A DNA stretch of 41,537 nucleotides from Phycisphaeraceae bacterium (GTDB lineage Bacteria; Planctomycetota; Phycisphaerae; Phycisphaerales; Zrk34), in assembly GCA_041674345.1 (NCBI GenBank), contig JBAYVY010000001.1, positions 1 to 41,537 on the forward strand, written 5' to 3'. Of this stretch, positions 15,958 to 26,274 are shown piece after piece (position 1 is the first letter of the stretch; the number at the start of each line of letters is the position of its first letter). The notes under the pieces were generated by a model. That model was not told where the DNA came from, did no database searches, and worked only from the letters and a program-made list of their open reading frames with translations. The translations under genes were made by a program, and so were the position numbers.

Positions 15958-16797
15958 ATGGTTGACGCAACTCGCATCGTCGCACGATATGCCTCGCTTT
16001 CCGCACTCGGAGGCATCACCGAAATCGGAATGCGACCCAGCAATCGCGGCATCCCACCCGAAAACATGCGCATTTTCGGCCAGTATGCCCTGGTTTATAT
16101 CTTCGACGGTGCCGGTCGCTACGCCGATGCGCACGGACTGAATCGCGCCATCGGACCCGGCGATCTCATCTTCGTCTTCCCCGATCTCGCTCACTCCTAC
16201 GGCCCCATCGAAGGACAAACCTGGAACGAGTTCTTCCTCGTCTTCCAAGGCCCCCTCTTCGACCTCTGGCACACCACAGGCCTCCTCAACGAGCATCAAC
16301 CCATCCTCCACCTCGAACCCATCGACCACTGGCTCGCACGCTTCGAGTCCGTCCTCTCCGGCTCACGACAGCCCGGATGGTCCCCCCCGCTCCTCGAAGT
16401 CACCCGACTCCAGCAAGTCCTCGCCGAAGTCCTCGTCGGCGGGTCCAAATCCGCCATCCCCAACGACGATCTCCGCTGGGCCTCCCGCGCCTGCGCCCTG
16501 CTCGAAGCCGATCTGTCCCCCTCCGTCGAGCTGCATCGCATCGCCGATCAACTCAAAATCAACTACGAATCCTTCCGCCGCCGATTCACCCAGATCGTCG
16601 GCCTGCCCCCCGCTCGCTACCGCGCTTCACGCCTCATCGACCGCGCCTGCGAACTGATGCAAACCTCCGACATGTCCGACAAACAAATCGCCTACTCGCT
16701 CGGCTTCTGCGACGAGTTCCACTTCTCCCGACGCTTCAAACAAATCCTCGGCTCCAGCCCCCGCAACTACCGCGCCACCCTGCCACGCACCTCATAA
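15958..16797 (+). CDS. AraC-family transcriptional regulator (cupin sensor + HTH)
   Basis: ATG at 15958. N-terminal cupin-like region, C-terminal IAYSLGFCDEFHFSRRFKQILGSSPRNYR AraC HTH signature. Divergent from the PhyH gene. Confidence 0.85.
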   Translation: MVDATRIVARYASLSALGGITEIGMRPSNRGIPPENMRIFGQYALVYIFDGAGRYADAHGLNRAIGPGDLIFVFPDLAHSYGPIEGQTWNEFFLVFQGPLFDLWHTTGLLNEHQPILHLEPIDHWLARFESVLSGSRQPGWSPPLLEVTRLQQVLAEVLVGGSKSAIPNDDLRWASRACALLEADLSPSVELHRIADQLKINYESFRRRFTQIVGLPPARYRASRLIDRACELMQTSDMSDKQIAYSLGFCDEFHFSRRFKQILGSSPRNYRATLPRTS

Positions 16798-16816
16798 AAC
16801 ACCCCGCCACACAATT

Positions 16817-16859
16817 GCTCCAAGCACGGGATGACGCCGTCCTCGGCGGCAGACCGTGG
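16817..16859 (+). promoter_or_regulatory. conserved leader stem-loop motif, copy 2 (upstream of the MBL hydrolase gene)
   Basis: GCTCCAAGCACGGGATGACGCCGTCCTCGGCGGCAGACCGTGG. Same flanks as copy 1, with the inner stem shortened to CGCCG/CGGCG. Confidence 0.55.
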
Positions 16860-16881
16860 TCGATCCGCGTAAACTATTCCC

Positions 16882-17670
16882 ATGTCCCTCACCCTCACAC
16901 TCCTGGGCACAGGCACCAGCGCCGGCGTTCCCATGATCGCCTGCACCTGTCCCGTCTGCACTTCCACCGACCCGCGCGACCGCCGTGACCGCTCCGCCGC
17001 CATGTTTGAGTGGAACGACAAACGAATCCTCATCGACACCTCCCCCGACCTGCGCTGGCAGTTGATCCGCCACCACGTCATGCGCATCGACGGCGTGCTC
17101 TACACCCACAACCACGCCGACCACGTCTTCGGCATCGACGACCTCCGCCGATTCAACGCCGTCCAAAAACAACCCATCGACCTCTTCGGCGAACCCTCCG
17201 TCATCGACTGGCTCCGTCGCACCTATCCCTACATCTTCGAGCCGCACAAAAACGTCAATCAATCCTTCGTCCCCACCTTGATCCCCCAACCCATCGAACC
17301 CGGCGAACCGTTCACCGTCGCCGGTCGCTCGTTCCTGCCGCTGCGTCTCATGCACGGCCGGCTCCCCATCCTCGGCTTCCGCGCCGCCGACGTCGCCTAC
17401 TGCACCGACGTCTCCAGCATCCCCCCGCAAACCTATCCCCTGCTCGCCAATCTCGACATCCTCGTCATCGATGGCCTGCGCCACCGACACCACCCCACAC
17501 ACCTGACCATCCGGCAAGCCATCCAGATCATCGAGGAACTCAAGCCCAAACGCGCCTACCTCACCCACATCGCCCACGACATCAAACACAGCGAAGTGGA
17601 TCCAACGCTCCCCGAAAACATCCACCTCGCCTACGACGGGTTAACGCTCGAAAGCGACGACCCGGCATGA
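16882..17670 (+). CDS. MBL-fold metallo-hydrolase (PhnP-like)
   Basis: LTLLGTGTSAGVP, CxCxxC segment and HNHADH metal motif. 262 aa. Confidence 0.85.
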   Translation: MSLTLTLLGTGTSAGVPMIACTCPVCTSTDPRDRRDRSAAMFEWNDKRILIDTSPDLRWQLIRHHVMRIDGVLYTHNHADHVFGIDDLRRFNAVQKQPIDLFGEPSVIDWLRRTYPYIFEPHKNVNQSFVPTLIPQPIEPGEPFTVAGRSFLPLRLMHGRLPILGFRAADVAYCTDVSSIPPQTYPLLANLDILVIDGLRHRHHPTHLTIRQAIQIIEELKPKRAYLTHIAHDIKHSEVDPTLPENIHLAYDGLTLESDDPA

Positions 17671-17855
17671 TGAACCCCGGAACTTCCGGGGGTTCCGGGG
17701 GTTCCGGGGATCGGCCCGCCCGCTTCAGCGGGCGGGGAGTGTTCCGCACCTTCGCGGTTCTGATCTTCGTGACGCCCATCGTGGGACTCACCGGCACACT
17801 GTACGATGTCATTCGTTACATCCATGCCATTCCTTGGCCGCCCTGTTCAGCTTGA
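17667..17855 (+). CDS. possible small membrane protein (62 aa)
   Basis: ATG overlaps the stop of the MBL gene (ATGA). One hydrophobic helix FAVLIFVTPIVGLTG. The N-terminus is encoded by a 3x TTCCGGGGG tandem. Weak support. Confidence 0.3.
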   Translation: MMNPGTSGGSGGSGDRPARFSGRGVFRTFAVLIFVTPIVGLTGTLYDVIRYIHAIPWPPCSA

Positions 17856-17998
17856 TTAGTTCGAGCACTTTCTCTCAAGCCCATGCAAATAAGCGTTGCG
17901 GCAATCACCTTTAGCGATTGGTCGGCCAGGTACTCATTTCAAAACGGAGATATTTTGAAGGAAGTAACGAACAGGGGAGATCATTGACGCCGGTCGCG

Positions 17999-19615
17999 CT
18001 AGATTTCGACGAACTGGATTTCGGGTTCGCGGTAATCGGCCTTGTTGAATGCTTGGATGCCGGTGGCGAACGGCTCGCCCATCTGCTGCCGGGTGGTTGG
18101 CACGTTGTAATTGCTCCACGCGCATTGCCCGGCGGCGGCGGCGATGTCGATGGCGATTTGCGCTTCGGGTCGGCTGTATTCCAGCGGGGCGATGGCCTGG
18201 TCGAAATGCTGAATCAGGTTTTTCGCGTTCTCGAAGCAGCCGGACTTTTCGACCCACGTCGCCCCCGGAAGCACGATGTCGGCTTTGGGCGCGAGTTTGA
18301 CCGGCAGCGTGTCGATGAGGATGAGTGTTTTGCCGCCCCCGGAAACGGCATCGAGCAGATCGTCGGGCACCCAGCAGTTGGGGTAGTTGCCGGTGATGAC
18401 GAGAACGTCGGCGTTTTTGAATTGCTGGATCAGCGACGCTGCGTCATGCACCTGACCACCGTTGGCGGCGAGGGACAGGGCGCGATGCACGCCGCGCGCG
18501 TTGGGGGCTTTCTCGGCGTGGATCGTGTAGCCGCCCCTGAAGGTTTGATCTTCGCCGATGAACGGCACGGGGCCGACGCCGAGCGCCGCCTGCGCATCGA
18601 ACCCCCGCATGGTTTTCGCCAGCAGATAGGCGTCTTCACAGCTCAGCATCGGGCTGGCCATGAAGGCGATTTTTTTGCCCTTGAGTTTTGCGACCGTCGC
18701 GGCGACGGCGTCTTTCCAGTTGGCTTCCATCGCTGCACCGTTGACTTTCACCAGCGGCATTCGCAGGCGATTGTCGCAATGCACGAAGTTCCAGCCGTGG
18801 CGGATTTCATCGCTGGTCCACCACTGGTTCACCTGGGCGTTGTAGCGCGGCTTGACGCGCCAGACTCTGCCTTCGTTGTGGTCGATGAACAGGTTGTCGC
18901 CGCTCGCGGTGATGCCGTCGATGCTGGGCGTGCTGGTCAGGAACCACACACGCTGCTCGAAGAGGAACTCCTTGTCGAGCAGCGCGCCGACGGGGCAAAG
19001 ATCGACGACGCAGCCGGAGAGCGGGTTGTCGAGGGGTTTGCCGGGGAAGACGTCGATTTCCTCACGGTTGCCGCGTCCGACCACGCCGAGCTCCGATGTG
19101 CCGGTGATTTCACGGGTGAAACGGACGCATCGGGTACACATGATGCAGCGGTCGGAATAGAGCAGGACGTGGGGGCCGATGTCTTTTTTCGGCTGCTTGA
19201 TTTTGTCTTCTTCAAAACGCGAGTAGCCGCGCCCGTAGCGATAGCTGTAATCCTGCAAATAACATTCACCGGCCTGGTCGCAGACCGGGCAGTCCAGCGG
19301 ATGGTTGATGAGCAGGTCTTCCATTACCTGCTTCTGATTGTCGCGGGCCTTGTCGGTTTGGGTGAACACTTCGGAGCCATCGACGGCGGGCGTCTGACAG
19401 GTGGGCATCAGCTTGGGGATCAGCGTCGGCTTGTTGTTGTTCCGCGGGTCGGGCTGCGCGACCTCGGCGAGGCAGATGCGGCAGCTTGCGACGACGCTGA
19501 GTCCGTCGTGATAACAGTATTGCGGGATTTCCACGCCGTTTTCGTTGGCGACCTGGAGAATGGTTTTCCTGCCTTCAAAGTGACATGATTTACCGTTGAT
19601 TTTAATGCGGGGCAT
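17999..19615 (-). CDS. nuoG: NADH-quinone oxidoreductase subunit G-like (Fe-S / molybdopterin-oxidoreductase fold)
   Basis: MPRIKINGK..., CYHDGLSVVASCRICLAEV (2Fe-2S), HPLDCPVCDQAGECYLQD (4Fe-4S). 538 aa. Confidence 0.88.
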   Translation of the reverse strand: MPRIKINGKSCHFEGRKTILQVANENGVEIPQYCYHDGLSVVASCRICLAEVAQPDPRNNNKPTLIPKLMPTCQTPAVDGSEVFTQTDKARDNQKQVMEDLLINHPLDCPVCDQAGECYLQDYSYRYGRGYSRFEEDKIKQPKKDIGPHVLLYSDRCIMCTRCVRFTREITGTSELGVVGRGNREEIDVFPGKPLDNPLSGCVVDLCPVGALLDKEFLFEQRVWFLTSTPSIDGITASGDNLFIDHNEGRVWRVKPRYNAQVNQWWTSDEIRHGWNFVHCDNRLRMPLVKVNGAAMEANWKDAVAATVAKLKGKKIAFMASPMLSCEDAYLLAKTMRGFDAQAALGVGPVPFIGEDQTFRGGYTIHAEKAPNARGVHRALSLAANGGQVHDAASLIQQFKNADVLVITGNYPNCWVPDDLLDAVSGGGKTLILIDTLPVKLAPKADIVLPGATWVEKSGCFENAKNLIQHFDQAIAPLEYSRPEAQIAIDIAAAAGQCAWSNYNVPTTRQQMGEPFATGIQAFNKADYREPEIQFVEI

Positions 19616-19728
19616 GGTTCACCAAATGGGGTTACGAGGAACGGAAATAGTATCGAAAATCAGAGGAACAATCCACCCCCGGTCCCGGAACCAAGGCAAC
19701 GGGTCTGCCCAATTTTTCAGGGCCGACA

Positions 19729-19866
19729 GGAAATGACGAATGACGAAACTCGAATGACGAATGAAATCCCAAATTTCAAACACCAATCCGATGAACGCAC
19801 CGGATTCTTGAAACATTGGAATTTGGAACTTGATTCGTCATTCGGACTTCGTCATTCGTCATTCGA
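19729..19866. repeat. hairpin element, AATGACG family, copy 2
   Basis: GGAAATGACGAATGACGAAACTCGAATGACGAATGAAATCCCAAATTTCAAA ... TTGGAATTTGGAACTTGATTCGTCATTCGGACTTCGTCATTCGTCATTCG. Confidence 0.9.
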
Positions 19867-19967
19867 CCTCCAACCAACTTAAGTCACGGCGGCCCCGCCC
19901 CCTGGCCCCCTCCCGGATCATTGGGCAGCCCCACGGCAACCGCATCTCCTTTTATTCACTACAACGG

Positions 19968-20036
19968 GCCACGGATTAACACGGATAGGATTTTTTGAAA
20001 CAAGGCCATCCGCGTTTATCTGTGTTTATCTGTGGC
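19968..20036. repeat. oligomer-built hairpin element (CACGGATA / TATCTGTG type)
   Basis: GCCACGGATTAACACGGATAGG pairs imperfectly (several G-T positions) with CCATCCGCGTTTATCTGTGTTTATCTGTGGC. Confidence 0.55.
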
Positions 20037-20049
20037 TCAATCCTCCCGG

Positions 20050-20086
20050 AAAAAGAACCCCGGTTCCGTGAGGAGGGCGGGGTTCT
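20050..20086 (-). terminator. intrinsic terminator downstream of pntB
   Basis: The minus strand reads AGAACCCCG-(15 nt loop)-CGGGGTTCT followed by TTTT. Confidence 0.6.
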
Positions 20087-20112
20087 GTATCGGCGTCGCG
20101 GATCGAAGCGGA

Positions 20113-21654
<1,542 letters not shown>

Positions 21655-21660
21655 GGTGTT

Positions 21661-21978
21661 TTAGCCCTTTTTCTTGAACATTCCGAGCATGCGGTCGGTG
21701 ACGAGATACCCGCCGACGACGTTGATCGTCGCGGCGACGATGGCGATGAAGCCGAACACGGTGGTCAGTACGGCGGATTCGGAACCGGCGGCGATCAGCG
21801 CGCCGACGATGGTGATGCCCGAAATCGCGTTCGAGCCGCTCATCAGCGGCGTGTGCAGCGTGGGCGGAACCTTGGTGATCAGATCGGCGCCGTACATCGT
21901 CGCCAGGATAAAGATCGTGAACAGCGCGATGAACGAACCACCGGACGTTTGGGCGAGAATGAGGGGGAATATGTGCAT
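21661..21978 (-). CDS. pntAB: NAD(P) transhydrogenase subunit alpha part 2
   Basis: 105-aa membrane protein. HTPLMSGSNAISGITIVGA signature. Lies directly upstream of pntB. Confidence 0.88.
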   Translation of the reverse strand: MHIFPLILAQTSGGSFIALFTIFILATMYGADLITKVPPTLHTPLMSGSNAISGITIVGALIAAGSESAVLTTVFGFIAIVAATINVVGGYLVTDRMLGMFKKKG

Positions 21979-22011
21979 CGTTGCGACCTTTCGTAATCGA
22001 AGTATGCGGAT

Positions 22012-22163
22012 TAATGACGAATGACGAAATCCGAATGACGAATCAATGACGAATGCCCAATGACGAATGTCGAAACGGAAGAAACTCGGCGAGGCGCGGT
22101 TCTATTTTGAACATTGTCATTTGGAGTTTCATTCGTCATTCGGATTTCGTCATTCGTCATTTC
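22012..22163. repeat. hairpin element, AATGACG family, copy 3 (inside the pnt operon)
   Basis: Left arm holds five AATGACGAA(T/A) units. Right arm TTTCATTCGTCATTCGGATTTCGTCATTCGTCATTTC ends 2 nt from the pntAA stop. Confidence 0.9.
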
Positions 22164-22164
22164 T

Positions 22165-23313
22165 TCACGCTCCCATCGCCTGTTTCACGCGCTCATGCAC
22201 GACCTGCCCGTCCCTGGTGACCAGCACACCCCTGGTGATCTCGTCTTCGAGATTCCACTGGATTTCCTGGGTCTTGCCGATCAGGTGTTGAATGAGCTTC
22301 ACGACGTTGCCGGCGTACATGGTGCTGGCGTCGTAGGCCACGTCGCTGGCGATGTGCAGATGGCCGACGAGGGTGACGCCGTGCTTGACGACGGTTTTGC
22401 CGGGTTCGGTCAGTTCGCAGTTGCCGCCGCGCTCCGCCGCCATATCAACGATGACGCTGCGGGGCGCCATGCGTTTGACCATGTCTTCGGTGATGAGTTT
22501 GGGCGCGGGCCGACCGGGAATCAACGCCGTGGTGATGACCACATCGGAATCCGCGACGACATCGGCGACCAGCGCTTTCTGTTTGGCCTGTTGTTCGGGG
22601 GTGAGTTCCTTGGCGTAGCCGCCTTCGCCCTCAGCCATCGCTTCGGGGACCATGACGAACTTGCCGCCGAGCGATTCGACCTGTTCCTTGGTGGCCGGAC
22701 GAACGTCGGTGGCGCTGACCGCCGCGCCCAGTCGCTTGGCCGTGGCGATCGCCTGCAAACCGGCGACACCGGCGCCGATGATGAACACCTTGGCGGGTTT
22801 CAATGTCCCGGCGGCGGTCATCATCATCGGAAAAATCTTCGGCAGATGGTCCTGCCCGATCAACACCGCCCGATACCCCGCCAGGTTCGCCTGACTGGAC
22901 AGCGCGTCCATCGCCTGGGCGCGGGTGGTGCGGGGAATCAGCTCCATCGCCAGCAGCGACACGCCCCTGGCCGCCATCGCCTTGGTTTGTTCATGCGCCA
23001 GCAGCGGCTCGGCGTGGCCGATCACGACCTGACCGGCTTTCATATGCTGAAGGTCGTCGAAGCCGCGGTCGGGGTTCGCGCCATAGGCGCGCACCTGCAC
23101 CAGCACGTCGGCTTGTTGAATCAGTTGGGCGCGATCCGCCACGACCGTCGCGCCTTTGGCCTGGTATTCGCTGTCGGGGAATCCCGCCTCGTCACCGGCG
23201 CCGGCTTGGACCTGAATCTTCAGGCCGGCTTTAATCAGCGGCGTCAAGGACGCCGGGGTGAGAGCGACGCGACGTTCGCCGTCGCACGTTTCTCGGCAAA
23301 TGCCCACAATCAT
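22165..23313 (-). CDS. pntAA: NAD(P) transhydrogenase subunit alpha part 1
   Basis: Trimmed to the ATG at 23313 (MIVGICRETCDGERRVALTP). Alanine-dehydrogenase/PNT fold with GAGVAGLQAI Rossmann motif. Confidence 0.9.
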   Translation of the reverse strand: MIVGICRETCDGERRVALTPASLTPLIKAGLKIQVQAGAGDEAGFPDSEYQAKGATVVADRAQLIQQADVLVQVRAYGANPDRGFDDLQHMKAGQVVIGHAEPLLAHEQTKAMAARGVSLLAMELIPRTTRAQAMDALSSQANLAGYRAVLIGQDHLPKIFPMMMTAAGTLKPAKVFIIGAGVAGLQAIATAKRLGAAVSATDVRPATKEQVESLGGKFVMVPEAMAEGEGGYAKELTPEQQAKQKALVADVVADSDVVITTALIPGRPAPKLITEDMVKRMAPRSVIVDMAAERGGNCELTEPGKTVVKHGVTLVGHLHIASDVAYDASTMYAGNVVKLIQHLIGKTQEIQWNLEDEITRGVLVTRDGQVVHERVKQAMGA

Positions 23314-23486
23314 GGGTACACCTCGTACAAGGTCGCGGTTTTCACAATGTCTTCCATCGCTTCCAATCCAGACCTGATGGACAGCGAAGTCGCAGATAAT
23401 ACAGATGAATGTATCCGAAATCAAGGGCGAGCGGAGAATGGGGTTTTGTCCTGATCGCACCCACCGAATCGCCGGAAAGCGGATGT

Positions 23487-23546
23487 CGAAACCCGAAACT
23501 CAAAACAGCCCGGCAATCTTCCTTTCAAGTTTCGGGTTCGGGTTTG
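23487..23546. repeat. oligomer-built hairpin element (CGAAACC type)
   Basis: CGAAACCCGAAACT ... AGTTTCGGGTTCGGGTTTG. Confidence 0.6.
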
Positions 23547-23601
23547 CTCACTTCCCCGCCGACGCCCGACGTTTGCGGAACCTGCCCAGGCGGATCGGGC
23601 C

Positions 23602-26085
23602 TCATTTCCCCTCATCGCCCGTCGCCTTTCGCTTCTCGTCGTCTTCCAGCACGGCGCGGGTCGCCGCCGCGAAGGCGTTGATCGTCATGTCTCCGCTGCG
23701 AAGGCCGGCGTTCAATATCGGATCATCGACCTTATGCACCTGCGTGGCCAGCATCGTCAACTGCACCAGCGGGTGAGGGGTCTGCGCCGCGGCGGACAGC
23801 ACGTCGGCCAGTGGTTTGACCACCGTGTCATTCGGCGGGATCAGCGACACGAGGTATGCCTGTTGCACCGGCGAATAACCGGGGAACGCGGCAACCAACG
23901 CCCGCGTGATGTCGTCATCGGGGCGGGGGAAATTCATTTCCCCCGCCGGCTCGGACAGCACGGCGACGAGCATGGCCATCGCACGCATCGCCGCGGCCGG
24001 ATCGGAACTGCCCAGTTCGATGATTTTCTGTTGGACGGCCTGCTGGGTGATCGGCACATTGCGGCGGACCAGATCGCGCAGGAACGCGGTGGAGCCGAGC
24101 ATCCCCGGCGCGAACGCCCCGCCGGAGGCGACGGTCGGATTGAGGATCGCCAGTTCGCCGATCTGCACCCTGGCCCACGGCGAATCGGTCAGCAGCATGC
24201 CCAGGTCCGCGCTGTCCAATCGCACGGGGATCGACAGCGACCGCAACGGCTCGATCCGCAACCGGCGGGACACATCCATCACCATCGGCGACAACGGAGA
24301 CGCCGGCCGCAAATTCACCGACACCGACGGCGAAAGGAACAGCCGCGTCGGTATCGAACCGTCCGGCCCCATCGACAACGGATAAGTGTTGACATTGCGA
24401 AGTTCCAGCACGGCGGTGATTGGCTGACCGAAGTCGTACCGCATCATCGGACAGACCCATCGCACCTGCACGAAGCTCATCGGATCGGCGGCCATCTGTC
24501 GCAGCGCGGGGGGCACGGCGGCGAACACGGCGGCCACCTGCCGCGCCTCGGCCGGAGCGGGCAGGGGCAGGGACATGCGGCGAAGCTGCGCCGCGGCGGT
24601 CATGCCGAATATGTCCGTCGGCGATTGAAGCACGACCTGACGCAGATGTTGGATCGCCCGATCCTTCGCATCGGACTGCGCCAGTTCGGCCATCGCCAGA
24701 CCGAGCGCCGCGCGCGGATCGGCGTCCGCCAGGGGCGTGAGCAGTTGCGTGGCGATGTCGAGTTGGCCGGTGCGCATCGCCAGCCAGCCGCGCATCAGCG
24801 GCAGTTGAAGGTTCGCCGCATCGGGCTGCGTCGCCAGTTTGTCGAGCAGCGCGGCGGTCTGATCGGTGTTCTGATCGCAGAGGAGCTGCGCCCAGACCTG
24901 TGCGACGGCGGGGGCAATGAATTGCCCCCGCCCCAGTTCGGCGTTCAATCGGTCGTCCAGCCGCTTGAACGCGACGGACAGATCGGCGGAGGTTCCGTTG
25001 TTGGCCAGGATCGCCGCCCGCAGCATCAACGAGTCAAGCGGAGGCCAGTCCGGGTTCGCGGGAGGGGGTGCCTTGTCGGACTTCGCTTCCGGGGGCGGGG
25101 GCGATGAATCGCCCCCGCCTTTGGGGGCGGGGACCGGGGGCGGGTCGAGTTGTGCCAGCAGCGATATCGCATCGCTTCCGCGACCGGCCCCCCACAACGC
25201 CAGCGCCCATTCGTGCAGCAGCGAGATCGAGCCGGTGCGACGGTTGGCGGTGTCGATCCGCGCCGCGCCGGCGAACCAATCGGCGGCATCGTTGTATTGC
25301 GCCATCGACATGAGCATCTGCCCGATGGCCGCATGAGCGCGACCGTCGGCCGGGTCGGCCTGGAAGAGCGTCAACATCGCCGCGGCCCGCTCCTGGGCCG
25401 TGCTTTTTTCACTGGCGCTGAGTACCCGCAACGATTCGGCGGCCGCCTGTTTGTTCGTCGAATCCAACTGAAGCGCCATCGTCAGCAGGCGACCGTATTC
25501 GCCGGGCTGCCCCAGTTCGGCCGCGAGAATCGCCGCCCGCAGCGCCACGCGACTGCGCAGCGGAGCGCTGAAATGTTCGGCCGCCGGTCCTTCGGTGATT
25601 TTCAACAGGTACGCCAGTCGCAGATCGGCGGTCTGCATTTTTGCCGTGAGCAGGTCGATCAGCCGCAGTTGTGCCGCGTCGTCGGCCGGCGCCAGCCGCA
25701 TGTATTGTTTGAGCGCGTCGATCTGCGCGTCGCGGTCGTCGCAAAGCGACTGCGCCTCGGCGGTCAGCAGCCATCGCTCGGCGTCCGTGCCGTCCAAAGC
25801 GTTGGCCTGTTCGAGCAACAGGCGCGCCTGCGTGATGCGGGCCGGTTGGGGCTGGGCCTGGTCCGCAGACACCAGCGCCCGCCGCGCCAGCATCGTCAGC
25901 CGGTGCGCCAACATCCGCGACGCGGTGGGATACGACGCGGCGTCCGGCGGGGTTCCTGGAGCATCCGGGGTTCCGGGGGCATCCGGAGGGACGGCCTGTG
26001 CCGGCGCGATGCCCGTCGCCATCGCGATCAGCAGCAGCATTATGAACGCGGTCGATCGATTGGTTTTCACTGACAGACCCTTCAC
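23602..26085 (-). CDS. large secreted TPR-like/helical-repeat protein, function unknown
   Basis: 827 aa. GTG start at 26085 (alternative ATG at 26040) gives signal peptide ...LLLIAMATGIAPAQA. Alanine/leucine-rich helical repeats. Contains two palindrome copies in frame. Confidence 0.6.
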   Translation of the reverse strand: MKGLSVKTNRSTAFIMLLLIAMATGIAPAQAVPPDAPGTPDAPGTPPDAASYPTASRMLAHRLTMLARRALVSADQAQPQPARITQARLLLEQANALDGTDAERWLLTAEAQSLCDDRDAQIDALKQYMRLAPADDAAQLRLIDLLTAKMQTADLRLAYLLKITEGPAAEHFSAPLRSRVALRAAILAAELGQPGEYGRLLTMALQLDSTNKQAAAESLRVLSASEKSTAQERAAAMLTLFQADPADGRAHAAIGQMLMSMAQYNDAADWFAGAARIDTANRRTGSISLLHEWALALWGAGRGSDAISLLAQLDPPPVPAPKGGGDSSPPPPEAKSDKAPPPANPDWPPLDSLMLRAAILANNGTSADLSVAFKRLDDRLNAELGRGQFIAPAVAQVWAQLLCDQNTDQTAALLDKLATQPDAANLQLPLMRGWLAMRTGQLDIATQLLTPLADADPRAALGLAMAELAQSDAKDRAIQHLRQVVLQSPTDIFGMTAAAQLRRMSLPLPAPAEARQVAAVFAAVPPALRQMAADPMSFVQVRWVCPMMRYDFGQPITAVLELRNVNTYPLSMGPDGSIPTRLFLSPSVSVNLRPASPLSPMVMDVSRRLRIEPLRSLSIPVRLDSADLGMLLTDSPWARVQIGELAILNPTVASGGAFAPGMLGSTAFLRDLVRRNVPITQQAVQQKIIELGSSDPAAAMRAMAMLVAVLSEPAGEMNFPRPDDDITRALVAAFPGYSPVQQAYLVSLIPPNDTVVKPLADVLSAAAQTPHPLVQLTMLATQVHKVDDPILNAGLRSGDMTINAFAAATRAVLEDDEKRKATGDEGK
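24907..24932. repeat. 26-nt palindrome, copy C (GGCGGGGGCAATGAATTGCCCCCGCC)
   Basis: One central substitution relative to copy B. In frame in the TPR-like gene as GRGQFIAPA. Confidence 0.9.
25094..25119. repeat. 26-nt palindrome, copy D (GGCGGGGGCGATGAATCGCCCCCGCC)
   Basis: Same GC clamps, with centre CGATGAATCG. In frame in the TPR-like gene as KGGGDSSPPP. Confidence 0.8.
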
Positions 26086-26274
26086 TTGGATTGCCCATCC
26101 GCTTCAATAGCCAATCGGCAATCGCAAACCATAAACTCCAGCCCGAAAAGCGGCAACCGCGCGACCGGCGGTTTGAATTGACCTGCCGACGCACTGCGAC
26201 TAGCATAGCTGTTCTAGTCGCCGCCGGCTTTTCGGGGGTCCGTAACGAACCTTCCCCGACCCGCGGCCGGCACC

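Noticed and set aside
10047-18275. Recurrence of CTTCCGGGGGCG in the phosphodiesterase gene (about 10047-10060) and nuoG (about 18262-18275), considered as further repeat-element insertions
   Set aside because: In both genes the word encodes L-P-G-A within otherwise conserved sequence (in nuoG, the VLPGATW region typical of molybdopterin-oxidoreductase folds). Codon usage is the simpler explanation.
17918-19588. 556-aa plus-strand ORF antisense to nuoG
   Set aside because: Its G/D/V/A-rich composition has no motifs, whereas the minus strand carries unmistakable NuoG Fe-S motifs.
25950-25995. 15-nt tandem (PDAPGT x2) near the N-terminus of the TPR-like protein, and the 9-nt x3 TTCCGGGGG tandem at 17686-17711
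   Set aside because: These are ordinary short in-frame slippage repeats in low-complexity regions, not distinctive enough for separate findings.
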